A model generated the notes under the pieces. That model saw only the letters and a list, made by a program, of their open reading frames with translations. It did not search any database and was not told where the DNA came from. This document shows positions 9,537-19,448 of a stretch of DNA of 59,229 nucleotides, piece by piece; the stretch's first letter is position 1, and every line of letters starts with the position of its first letter. Source of the DNA: a virus (Duplodnaviria > Caudoviricetes); IMG/VR virus record IMGVR_UViG_3300045303_000229, positions 1 through 59,229 of that record. The stretch is one strand, 5' to 3'. A program made the translations under genes and the position numbers.

Positions 9537-11464
9537 CCAGCCCAAGCAACTGGTGGGACGCGGTCAAAGGATCGGTCTACAACACCGCGCTGACCTACGT
9601 CCGTACCGTCGATGCCTCACAGTCGCAGATCTACAACCGGTTCGCGCGCCTCGAGTACCTGTACGACATGAACCCACGAGGCGGTTACATGGACGTGAGC
9701 GGTGGAGGCAAGGGCGACGGGCGCATGAACGAGAACGTGATCGCGTCGAACGTCGACACGGTTAGCGCGCAGATCGCGACGACAGATATCCGCGCGGTCT
9801 TCGATACCGACGGGGCAGACTGGGGAGAACAGCGTCGCGCGAAGTGGCGCGAGTGGTACGCGGAAGCGCTCGCGAAGCGGCTCGACGTCCTGCCGAAATG
9901 CCAACGGGGCTTCAAGGCCGGGGCTGCCCTCAAGGGGACCGCGTTGAACAAGGTGTACGTCGACGCGTTCGACCAGATCCGCGTAGATAGCGTGCTCGTG
10001 GACGACATCATCGTGGACGAGCTCGAGTGCCGCAACGGACCGCCTCGACAGATGCACTTTCGCACGCCCATCGAGCGCGAGGAGTTACGCGCCCAGTTCC
10101 CCGGCAACGACGCTGCGATTGCGCGCGCGGCGACCGGTAGCGCCCAGAACCCGCGCGAGTGGCAGGGCTACCGCCCGCTGCAGCGCAACGAGATCATGGT
10201 GCTCGAGTCCTGGCGCCTGCCGATCGGCACCAAGGATCACCCCCGCTACAAGCCCGGGCGTCACACGATCTGCATCGAAGGATGCGACCTGCTCGACGAG
10301 GAATGGCACAAGCCGTTTTTTCCGTTCGCCGTGATGTTCTGGACGACGCCGCCGCGTGGCTGGTACGGGATCGGCCTCGCGGAGCGGATCGCCGGACTGC
10401 AACGCGCGCTCAACCGGCGCAACCTGCAGATCGAGCGGCAACTCGACCAGGGCGCGTTTCCGACGACGTTCGTGCCGATCATCGACGCCAGGCTATCCAG
10501 CCAGACGCAAAACACGGTCGGATCGATCGCGGTGTACAAGGGCAGCAGCCCACCGCAGACCGTTATCCCTCCGGTGGTCAGCCCAGAGACCTACCGTGAC
10601 GCGGATCGCCTCTCGAGCAAGGCTGGCGAGATTTCCGGCGTCTCGCGGATGGCCTCGCAGGCCGTGAAGCCCGCCGGCATCGAGACCGGCGTGGCGCTGC
10701 GTGAGTACCGCGACCAGACCACCCAGCGCTTCGCGATCCAGGAAAAGGGCTATGAGACCTTCGTGCTCGACACGATCGTCCTGATCCTCGACTGCTGCAA
10801 AGACCTGGGCAAGGATGCGCCCAAGATGCTGCGCAAGACCCGGTTCGGATCGAAGACCTTGTCGTGGGCCAAGGTCGACATGCAGGACGTTCGCGTTCAG
10901 ATCGGCGCTGCATCAACGCTCAGCCGCACGCGCGCCGGTCGTGAGCAAACCGTCGTCGAGTGGGCGCAAGCCGGCATCATCTCGCAGGACGACGCTCGTC
11001 GCCTGATGGATCACCCTGACCTCGAGCGGGCGATGTCGCTATACACCGCCGCGATCGAGAACGTGGAGCACTGCCTCGAAGAGATCGCCGATGGCGAGGT
11101 CGTCATGCCCGAGCCCTTCATGAACTTGAAGCTGCTCATCTGGCGCGCGCAACAGCAGTACCTGAACTGGTCCGCCGACGGAGCGCCCGAGGAAGTTCTC
11201 GAGAACCTGCGCCAGCTGATCGTGCAAGCCGCGTGGATGGAATCCGGCGGGAACTCTCCTGGCATGCAGCCCGGGGAGGTCGGCGGACCGACGGCGCCGG
11301 GACCTGACACATCGATGCCCGGGGGCGGCGCGCCCCCATCGGGAGCTCCCGCTGGGATGCCACCCCCGGGATGGGTGCCGCAGATGCCGGCCGGTGTCCC
11401 CATCGGCGGTCCGGCGCAAGCCGCGTTCTCACCGCAGGCAATGCAGTTGCAAGCTGGCGTGTAA
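9533..11464 (+). CDS. Portal protein
   Basis: 643 aa. NVIASNVDT, WYGIGLAERI, EISGVS and SG/TG.A motifs of P22-like portals, with a Pro/Gly-rich C-terminal tail. Confidence 0.85.
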   Translation: MTSPSNWWDAVKGSVYNTALTYVRTVDASQSQIYNRFARLEYLYDMNPRGGYMDVSGGGKGDGRMNENVIASNVDTVSAQIATTDIRAVFDTDGADWGEQRRAKWREWYAEALAKRLDVLPKCQRGFKAGAALKGTALNKVYVDAFDQIRVDSVLVDDIIVDELECRNGPPRQMHFRTPIEREELRAQFPGNDAAIARAATGSAQNPREWQGYRPLQRNEIMVLESWRLPIGTKDHPRYKPGRHTICIEGCDLLDEEWHKPFFPFAVMFWTTPPRGWYGIGLAERIAGLQRALNRRNLQIERQLDQGAFPTTFVPIIDARLSSQTQNTVGSIAVYKGSSPPQTVIPPVVSPETYRDADRLSSKAGEISGVSRMASQAVKPAGIETGVALREYRDQTTQRFAIQEKGYETFVLDTIVLILDCCKDLGKDAPKMLRKTRFGSKTLSWAKVDMQDVRVQIGAASTLSRTRAGREQTVVEWAQAGIISQDDARRLMDHPDLERAMSLYTAAIENVEHCLEEIADGEVVMPEPFMNLKLLIWRAQQQYLNWSADGAPEEVLENLRQLIVQAAWMESGGNSPGMQPGEVGGPTAPGPDTSMPGGGAPPSGAPAGMPPPGWVPQMPAGVPIGGPAQAAFSPQAMQLQAGV

Positions 11465-13117
11465 TTGTTGTCCGCCGACCGCCTAGACCTCGGCCTCGAA
11501 GAGACCGAGCGCCAGCTCGGCGCGAAGGACACCACGCACTGGTCATCGCTCATCGAGCGAATCACCGACGAGTGCCACCCCGAGCAACGTGACTTCGCGA
11601 TCGACCAGGGGCGTCGCATCGTCGGCCTCGTGGGGCGTGGCGGGGGCAAGACCACCGGAGGCATGACCCGGTTTATACGTCGGCTGCTGTCCATGCCCAA
11701 TGCTCGGTGCGTGTACATCGCGGTGACGCGAGACCATGCCGAGCGCCTCATGTGGCAGCCGCTCAAACAGGCGTTCAACGAGCTCGGGTTCCGCACCGAC
11801 GGACCGTCGCCTGACATCGTCTACAACGAGACCAAGCTACGGCTCACGCTGCCCAAGTCGAAGGGCTTCCTCTGGCTGTTCGGCGCGGACAAGCCCAAGG
11901 AGATCGACAAGCTCCGCGGTCTGACCTTCAACGAAGTGGGGATCGACGAGGCGGCTAGTCATTCCGATTCCCTGATCGACAACCTGATCAACCAGGTGCT
12001 GGGACCTCGAATGCAGGGGACGATCTGGCTGATCGGAACGCCGGGTCACCAGCTGCGCGGCATGTTCTGGGACATCACGCGGCCCGGGTCGAAACGCTCG
12101 GTGCCATGGGCGGAGCGCAACGACGATCCGGAATGGATCGGATGGTCGCTGCACAAGTGGAGTCTCAAGAGCGCGATCGAGAACACGAAGGATCGTCCGA
12201 TTCCGGCTCTACTCGCCATCCTCGCCGAGCAGAAGATGCAGGCGCGGATCGAGGGTTGGTCCGACGACAACCCCATCAAGCGCCGCGAACACGACGGCGA
12301 ATGGGCCGAGGACGGCGCGACCACCGTCTACCGGTACCGCGCCACCCTCGACGACGGAACGCCGTGGAACCAGTGGGACCCCAAGCGGGTCGGTCCGCTG
12401 CAGATCGCCGAGCTCCCCATGGGGTCTGACGGCAAGCCTCGAGACGATTGGGCGCACGTCATCGGGATGGACATCGGGTACACGGACCAGACCGCGATCA
12501 ACGTCTTCGCGTTCTCGCCGAGCGATCGGACCAGGACCATCTACCACCGGCTGTGCTTCGGTCAGGCCAAAATGTACGCGCAGATCATCGCCCACAAGAT
12601 GATCGGTGTCGATCTCGACCACAGCGAGCCAGCCGGCATCATCGGAGCGATCGGTGAGTGGCCCAACGCGATGGTGGCGGACAGCATCCACGCGATGGCC
12701 AAGATGGTGCTCGCCGAGTTGGGCAACGTGTACGGGATCAAGATTGAACCGGCGGTGAAGGGGTACCACTACAAATACGGCGCGATCGAGGTCGTGAACG
12801 GAGACCTCGTCGATGGCCGCATCAAGATCCTCAAAGGGTCCGCCCTCGAGAAGCAGCTACAGGATCTCCAGTGGGGGTTGTCCAAATCGGAGGAGCAGAT
12901 CGAGCGCAAGGATCAGCCTAACGATCACCCGGATTCCCTGGTCTACGCTCGATGCGTGATCGCCACCTTAATCACCGCGATCGGCGATGGTGACGAAGAG
13001 GTTGACGAGACCAAGGATCCGCGATCACCGAAGTACGTTCCGCCGATGCCTGACGAGGGCCGCAGCGATGACGACTACTCGAGCATATTCCAGGACGATT
13101 ACTCGAGCATGCTGTAG
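11465..13117 (+). CDS. terL: Terminase large subunit
   Basis: HPEQ adenine-binding motif, Walker A GRGGGKT, Walker B VGIDEA, coupling motif IGTP, RNase H-like GMDIG and C-terminal DHPDSLVY. Confidence 0.92.
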   Translation: MLSADRLDLGLEETERQLGAKDTTHWSSLIERITDECHPEQRDFAIDQGRRIVGLVGRGGGKTTGGMTRFIRRLLSMPNARCVYIAVTRDHAERLMWQPLKQAFNELGFRTDGPSPDIVYNETKLRLTLPKSKGFLWLFGADKPKEIDKLRGLTFNEVGIDEAASHSDSLIDNLINQVLGPRMQGTIWLIGTPGHQLRGMFWDITRPGSKRSVPWAERNDDPEWIGWSLHKWSLKSAIENTKDRPIPALLAILAEQKMQARIEGWSDDNPIKRREHDGEWAEDGATTVYRYRATLDDGTPWNQWDPKRVGPLQIAELPMGSDGKPRDDWAHVIGMDIGYTDQTAINVFAFSPSDRTRTIYHRLCFGQAKMYAQIIAHKMIGVDLDHSEPAGIIGAIGEWPNAMVADSIHAMAKMVLAELGNVYGIKIEPAVKGYHYKYGAIEVVNGDLVDGRIKILKGSALEKQLQDLQWGLSKSEEQIERKDQPNDHPDSLVYARCVIATLITAIGDGDEEVDETKDPRSPKYVPPMPDEGRSDDDYSSIFQDDYSSML

Positions 13118-13118
13118 A

Positions 13119-14657
13119 TCACGGCTTCCACGGGCGCTTCGCTACCTGGATCGAGCCGGATGACATCAGATCGTCCCATTCGACAAAGAACGGCGAAACC
13201 GATGCCTCGTCGAGCATGCGATCAATGCGCTCCTGGATTTCCTTGAACCCCGGGATGGACTGGATCCGCTCGCGCAGCGCAATGGCCGCCGCGCACGAGC
13301 AGTACCGGTCATCTATCGCACCAGTTCCGTGGCACTCCGGGCAGAGTTGCATCAGTCTCACAGCTTGAACTCCCATCCGCGCGCAAGGCAGATCGCTTCG
13401 CGTACCTCGTCAGCTTCGCGATACCTGGACTCGGTCTTGCGCCGGTTCATCGCCACGCGCTCCGCGTCGGATGACTCCAGCGCCAAGGCTCATCTTTGAG
13501 CGGACGTTCGCCGTTACGCACGAGGAACCGGTTCGCTCGCCACAGCGCCCGATTCAGGCTGTGAATCGCAGCGCGATGCTCTTGCAGAAACTCGAGGTCG
13601 ATCACCTGGACTTCTCCGCATTGATCATCTTCTGGACATCGCACAGATCGGCCAACTGGCGGTCGATCACCTCGTACGCCGCGCGCTTCTCGTCCTCGCT
13701 CGCATGCTTCGGGCAACGCCCTAGCCCGGCCTGGGTGAAGTAGTCGCAGTCCCAGCACGCCAGATGCTTGACCGTCATCCCGGCCACCGTGGCACATCAC
13801 GAGAGTTCCGGATCGCGTCGCTTGCTGATTCACACCACATGTTCCATGCGATGTCTTCGCGCTCCCTGCGCTCACGGATCCGCTTGATATGCGCCTTGTG
13901 CTCGATCCTATCCTGCACGATCAGCCATGCCGGCCACAGCGCTCCGATGATGAGCCCGATGATGACCTGCCACATGATGCTCATCGCTCGATCCCCGTCC
14001 AATCGATCTCCGGGTCATCCTCCCACGACTTGGGCGCAGACCCCAGCGCGGCATCGGTCGCCATCGCCTGCAGGCGTGCAGCGATCGCGGGCAGGTGGTG
14101 CGCGATCTCCGCGTCACGACGCGCACGCCGCATCAGCTCGATGTGCTGGGCATGAAGCTTGCGGCGCAGTTCGTCGCGCTCACGAATGAATTGGAGCGCA
14201 ACCTCGGGGCTAACCGCTACTTCTAGCGCTAGCGCCTCATAATCGGATTTCCATTCGTCACGCTCGAGCGTGATTGCGATGAGTGCTAGCTCTCGTTGGT
14301 GCTCGTTTCCACTCGCCATAGAATCGGCGGCGCTCATCACCACACCGTGACCAGGTCCACGCGGCTCACGTGGATCAGTTGCACCACGTTTGGCGCCCCG
14401 CGCTGGATCTTCGTCAGCGTGTAGAACCCCGTGGCCATGTTGAGCGTGATGTCGATGCCGTCCTGGTTGTTCTCGACCTTCTCGGCGGTCCGGCCAACGA
14501 TTCGATCATTGCTCGAGTTGATCCCGGTGATCGGAAGGTTGGCCGTGACGAACCTGATGTCCGCGATCCGGATCTCACCGCCCGCGGGTGACGCGCTCGT
14601 TGGCGCGGATGGCTTGGGCGGTAACGGCTGCGGCTGGGACTTGGGATCGTTGCTCAT
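13119..14657 (-). other. Cluster of small hypothetical ORFs (e.g. 13119-13376, 13602-13787, 13775-13984, 13981-14343, 14337-14657)
   Basis: Closely packed or overlapping short minus-strand ORFs, some with CxxC motifs. Confidence 0.55.
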
Positions 14658-15144
14658 GGGTTGGGGGCTCCAGGTATCTTGCGGGTAAGGGGTCGAAGGT
14701 TGCCAGCGGAATCTTGCTGGCCAGGGTGTCGCAGTAGCTCGTACGGCAGGCGTACTCGAATGGGCGCGCCACGTCAACGCCGCACGCCTCGAGTAGAATG
14801 GCGCCATATCCCTTGGCCATGTGGTGGCGCTTGCGCCCCTGCCGGTACGGAGTCTTCACGTACACATAGTAGACGTACTTGGCGTTGATGAGCGCCTCGT
14901 CGGAGTACGCCGCGAACCCGTACACGAACGGCCGGCCGACGTGGTCAACCTCGCCGGGCTCCTCGGCCACGAGAACGCGCGTCGTTGCGTGGTCGATGAT
15001 GGTCACGATCTCGAGGTGCATCGCGATCGCATAGCGCTCCATCGAGAGCAGCCCTGCGTACGGTGACATGCGGTAACTCGACGACCAGGACGAGATTACG
15101 AACTGGCGATCGGACGGAGCCATGGGGCGGATGATCGCGGTCAC
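14575..15144 (-). CDS. GNAT-fold acetyltransferase-like protein
   Basis: GTG start. IRPMAPSDRQFV...VYGF...YYVYVKTPYRQG..G.GA.LL resembles the GNAT acetyl-CoA motif A. Confidence 0.65.
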   Translation of the reverse strand: MTAIIRPMAPSDRQFVISSWSSSYRMSPYAGLLSMERYAIAMHLEIVTIIDHATTRVLVAEEPGEVDHVGRPFVYGFAAYSDEALINAKYVYYVYVKTPYRQGRKRHHMAKGYGAILLEACGVDVARPFEYACRTSYCDTLASKIPLATFDPLPARYLEPPTHEQRSQVPAAAVTAQAIRANERVTRGR

Positions 15145-16016
15145 GCTGCCACCATGCAGTAGCACGATCGCTGGGTGGCGACTGCGGTGTCGATGATATC
15201 GAGAAGTTCCTTCGGTCGGAGTGCGATCACTGCCAGATCGGATATTACGACCTTCTGAGCATGGCCGCATTCAGCGACCCCGCTCAACTCGGTTGCGTCA
15301 TAATGAGCGGAACGCAAAGCAACCACATCCTGCCATCCGTGGATCTGACGCATGAAGGCCCCGACCGCGGTCACGGTAGTATCCCATCGACGGCCCCCCA
15401 TCCCTCGGGGGGCTGCCTGATGAATCACCTCGGCCGATCGGACTGTGGCCGCATTGGCTTCTGCGATGGCCGCAATCAGGAGTTGCTCACTGACCTCGAC
15501 GAACAACTCACGGAACGGCATCAGGCGTCGCCTCCACTAGCAGTATGCGCGAGCAGAAATATCCCAGCGAGCTGACGGGATGCCGCGTTTCCAAGCTTGT
15601 TGATGGCCTCGAGACACCGAGGACAGTCCGCCTTAGCAATTCCGACAAGATTGTCGATGTGGCACCCGAACGCGTCCACAGCGGGATGCCAGTCGTGCAT
15701 GGGAACCGCATCCCCAGGGGCACCACAGAACGTCAGGTGATCGTAGAGCTCGATGTGCTTCACGTGATTCACGGTGCGATCCTCGTGATCCGCGCGGTTC
15801 CGCCCGTGACGGCCAACGTTCCGGTCACCGACAGCCACGCGCTCGGCTTCCCGTCCTCGTCGTCCGGTGTCACCTTGGGTTCGTAGCTAGACCTCAAGAT
15901 TGCTTCCTCCACCACGACGCTACCGAGAGCTAATTCCCAGCCCTCCGCGGCAACACACCACGGGAAGTCCTTGGAGCCGTGCTTGTTGAAGTAGATCCGC
16001 ATCGACCCGATGTATT

Positions 16017-16406
16017 TCATCGCGACCTCAGGGCGCGAACGCGCTTGAGCGATTCATCCCGGTGCACCTTGGCGCGGTTCGCCTTGAACTCCTCGATGGG
16101 CATTCCGTCAGCGAGCGGACGCGTATCCATGCAGACTCGATCCGGCGGTAGGTCGCCCGTCTTTCCGCGCACCATCTCGCCAGCGCGAACGCGGCCCGGC
16201 GGGGTGGGAAAACGCCAGGGAGATTCCTGCGAGCAAGCGCTCTCATCCTCGCTCTCTCCCCAGGGGCCCGGCACGAGCAATGGACACGGCATAGAATCAG
16301 GCGCAGGACGCGCCACTGTCACCATGAACCGTCCGTGCACCGGACACTCGTACTCGGCAGAAATCGGCGCGGTAGAGTCGCCGCGTAGGGTCAGTTTCCA
16401 GGTCAT
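16017..16406 (-). CDS. FmdB-like zinc-ribbon protein
   Basis: P...YECPVHGRF...PCP...C pattern. Confidence 0.55.
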   Translation of the reverse strand: MTWKLTLRGDSTAPISAEYECPVHGRFMVTVARPAPDSMPCPLLVPGPWGESEDESACSQESPWRFPTPPGRVRAGEMVRGKTGDLPPDRVCMDTRPLADGMPIEEFKANRAKVHRDESLKRVRALRSR

Positions 16407-16680
16407 GTTGCCCTCGGTGACTTCCGGCTTCCCTCTTCGAGCTCGCCGCGCAGGATGTCAACCGTGCCATCGAGCAGGATGAGATCCGCCTCAATGGAGA
16501 ATTCGTACATCGAGCTACCGCGACCGATCCGGACCGCCGCAAGCCATCGACCCGGGTACGTCTCGCCGTCCCTGTCGGTCCAGTCGGATTCGCGATAGAC
16601 CCGGCACGACGCATCTGGTCGTCCGAGTTTGGCGACCTCCGTTTCGAGCACGGCTAGGACTGTGGCCTGATCTTCTGGGG

Positions 16681-17427
16681 TCATCGGTCTCCTTGATGCA
16701 TGCCGCGCCTGGGCACGTCGGACCAGCGAGCCATCATGCAGGTGGAGCATTCGCGTTGGGGGTTGTGCTCGCAGAAGGCCACCGGTGCTGCCGCGGGGAC
16801 AACCACATCCGGCGAGACCGAAGGAGGGGGAGTCCCTGCGTCGGATGCACCCGCGGCAGTTGGTGACGAACTGAACTTGGCGCCATCGACCGCGCTGAAC
16901 ACGCCGCGCCAGACCTCATCACGGGTCGGCGTAGCAACGATCTGGTCCTCGAGCACCCACACGAGTAGGTCGCGAACCGCCTCCTGGATGCCCGCTTCCT
17001 TGCTTTCGCGCGGCCCGGCGACGTTGAGCACGTTGATGTTGGCCTTGTCGAGCCACTCGCGGATGCCATCAGCGACCGCGTTCGGCATCTGCGTGCGCCC
17101 GCCGCGCGGCAACACGACGTGAATGTGAGCCTTGTCCTGCTTCTCGCATTGCTCGATCGTGTAAGCCGTGCCGCCACCCGGCGACTCAGCGAACGAGACG
17201 ATGAGCGTGCCGTCGCTATCCTGGATGTTCAGCCGGGTCCGAATCCCGTAGTTGCTGGACGACGTGCAGCGCATGCGCTCACGGTAGATGTCCGGTATCT
17301 GGCCGTCCTCGGATCGCCAGCCGGCCGGTGCCCATCCGCCAAACGCGAGGTCAAGCGCGATGGCTGCGTCGAGTCCGCCCCGATCGGCTCCAGTTTGTCC
17401 GCCTGACACGATGGTCGTGAGCCTCAT
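16681..17427 (-). CDS. SLOG-superfamily protein (putative Mo-carrier / circularly permuted YpsA family)
   Basis: IVSGGQTGADRGGLDAA, GGWAPAG, RTRLNIQDSDGTL, GGT..T and LNVAGPRES are the signature motifs of this family. Confidence 0.88.
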   Translation of the reverse strand: MRLTTIVSGGQTGADRGGLDAAIALDLAFGGWAPAGWRSEDGQIPDIYRERMRCTSSSNYGIRTRLNIQDSDGTLIVSFAESPGGGTAYTIEQCEKQDKAHIHVVLPRGGRTQMPNAVADGIREWLDKANINVLNVAGPRESKEAGIQEAVRDLLVWVLEDQIVATPTRDEVWRGVFSAVDGAKFSSSPTAAGASDAGTPPPSVSPDVVVPAAAPVAFCEHNPQRECSTCMMARWSDVPRRGMHQGDR

Positions 17428-18009
17428 ACCCCAGGCCACCTAACTCCGGCCGGTCGACCGTCCTGGAACTTGCGCAACTCATCAAGCACGACACGTCGGC
17501 ACACTGGCTCCGGGATCCGGCGCACCCCGTGCTCGTCGCTCGGGTAGTACCGATCCAGGATGATCTCGAGCAACTCGCGCGACTTGTTCACCACTCGCAA
17601 TCCTCCGCATCGAGCGGCATCATGACCTGGTTCCGCTCCTTGACCTTGCTCGCCTCGATCTTGGCGCGGAGTTGCGCGGACCAGTGGGCGGAGACCGCGG
17701 CGCGCTGGGCCGGCGTCCAGCTCGGCCTTGGATGCGTCGTGTATTCGAGCCGCTGGATCTCGTCGCATGTCAGCAGTTCGCGCAGCGTCAGGCCGTCGAT
17801 CACGACGTCCAGCGGGTCGATAGGTTGCGAACCCTCCGGGATCTCCGGTTGGTTCAGCAACTCGCGCGCACGCTCCGCCGTGATCATCCCGATCTGCGCA
17901 GCCTCGAGGCTTGCAATCTTTGCGTTCCGGACCTCGTAGTAGACCGGGTCAAGTCTCCAGTTCAGGACGCCACCGCAGGCGGGGCATGGTGGCATATGGC
18001 ACACGCTGC

Positions 18010-18378
18010 TCATCCGAGCACACTCCTTTGATTCTCGAGAGTTGAGAGGAACTTCTGAACCTCTGCCCGGCGCTCAGGATCGAGCTGGCGCAGGTACTCC
18101 AGCACGAGGGTATGACGCTGCTCGGGGGTCTTGCTGATCTTGCGGTCATGGAGCTCGATCTTGCGGAGCTCGGCGGACGCCGTGTTCCGGCTTCGGGTCA
18201 GCGCGGCCCCAGCCTGCGATAGGTCCGGGTCGAACGAGCCCTCAGCCAGTTGGGCAAGCCTCGCCGCGATTACCTTCTGATGTGCGTCAAGGTGGTCTAG
18301 CGTGGATGCCGTAAAACTGTGAAGTCTGTTCGCCATCGCGGCGGGCGACAGTTCGAAGTCATTTCGGTCCTTTGTCAT
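18010..18378 (-). CDS. Hypothetical helical protein, candidate terminase small subunit
   Basis: 122-aa helical ORF downstream of an HNH gene and an intergenic CCCCGGGG region. Functional call by context only. Confidence 0.35.
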   Translation of the reverse strand: MTKDRNDFELSPAAMANRLHSFTASTLDHLDAHQKVIAARLAQLAEGSFDPDLSQAGAALTRSRNTASAELRKIELHDRKISKTPEQRHTLVLEYLRQLDPERRAEVQKFLSTLENQRSVLG

Positions 18379-19091
18379 CGATTATCTCTCAATTGTACTC
18401 GAACACTTATGATTCCCGTACGTTTTGGTTGTATTTGCTCAGCCTTGCCTGTCGCGCACGGCGAGACCCCCGGGGTGGGGGAAACCTACCCCCATCCAGC
18501 CGGGCGGAGAACTATTGCCGCACGTTGACGAGATCGCAGTACGCGCGCAGTGCCGTCGATGCTGCGGCGACACCGTCAAGGTACGGCTGTACCTGCAGAT
18601 CTTTCAACGCGTGCTCAAGCAACGCCATCCTGACCTCCTCGAGTTTCAGCCCTTCCGCCGAGCGCATGCTTTCCAGGCGCGCTCTTGCCTGCGAGAGATC
18701 GCCCGCAATGATCTCGGCGAGCACGACCGGGTCATCCGTCACCGCGCCGGCCCGGTCCGGGTTTCGCTCGAGCTCGTCCTTGAGCAGCCTCGAGACTGCG
18801 CCAAGCACTTCCTTCACGTTCCGAGAATGCCGAGCGTTCGCGGCGATGTTGTTGTTGTCGGTCATTGTCCTGATCGGATTATCTGAGCACGTCTGGCATC
18901 AGTCGCAGCGAACAGCGCTGTGCGCGCGATCGCCACCGGGCACCGCTCATCGTGTGCCCATTCGCAGCCACGCCGGGCAAACCGTCCATCGCAGAGCGCG
19001 ACGCGCCACGCATCGATCGCGTCAAGCTCTGCAGCGATCGCTAGCGTGTCGTTGCGAGGCAGCGAGACGCAGTTTCGCAGGTCATCTCCGG

Positions 19092-19448
19092 TCATGGCTC
19101 TCCTAACGCGAGTTGATTGCAGCGCCTGCACACGATCCCACGCTCAGGCGTGACGACGCGATGCAGGCTGAGATCGTGGCCCTTGGGGCAGAGCTTGCGT
19201 CGTTGCAGGTAGCGGAACGAGCGGCGCAGTTGGTTCTCGGCCGCGGTGACTGGCTCGAGGTGGCTAGGCTCACGGCAGGCCCTGCGCCGACACAGGTGAT
19301 CGAGCACGTGATCCTTGGGCACCGGGCCGTTGACCGCGCACCACGCGACGATATGGGATCGCGTGTGGCCATGGTAGGCGTACCCGTTTGCGTCGAGCCG
19401 ACCCTGCGAGAGCAGGCAGGCGAAGATGGGATCGCGGATGGCGCTCAT
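19092..19448 (-). CDS. HNH endonuclease
   Basis: LDHLCRRRAC..PSHLEPVT..EN motif plus a CPKGH...CRRC tail. Confidence 0.9.
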   Translation of the reverse strand: MSAIRDPIFACLLSQGRLDANGYAYHGHTRSHIVAWCAVNGPVPKDHVLDHLCRRRACREPSHLEPVTAAENQLRRSFRYLQRRKLCPKGHDLSLHRVVTPERGIVCRRCNQLALGEP

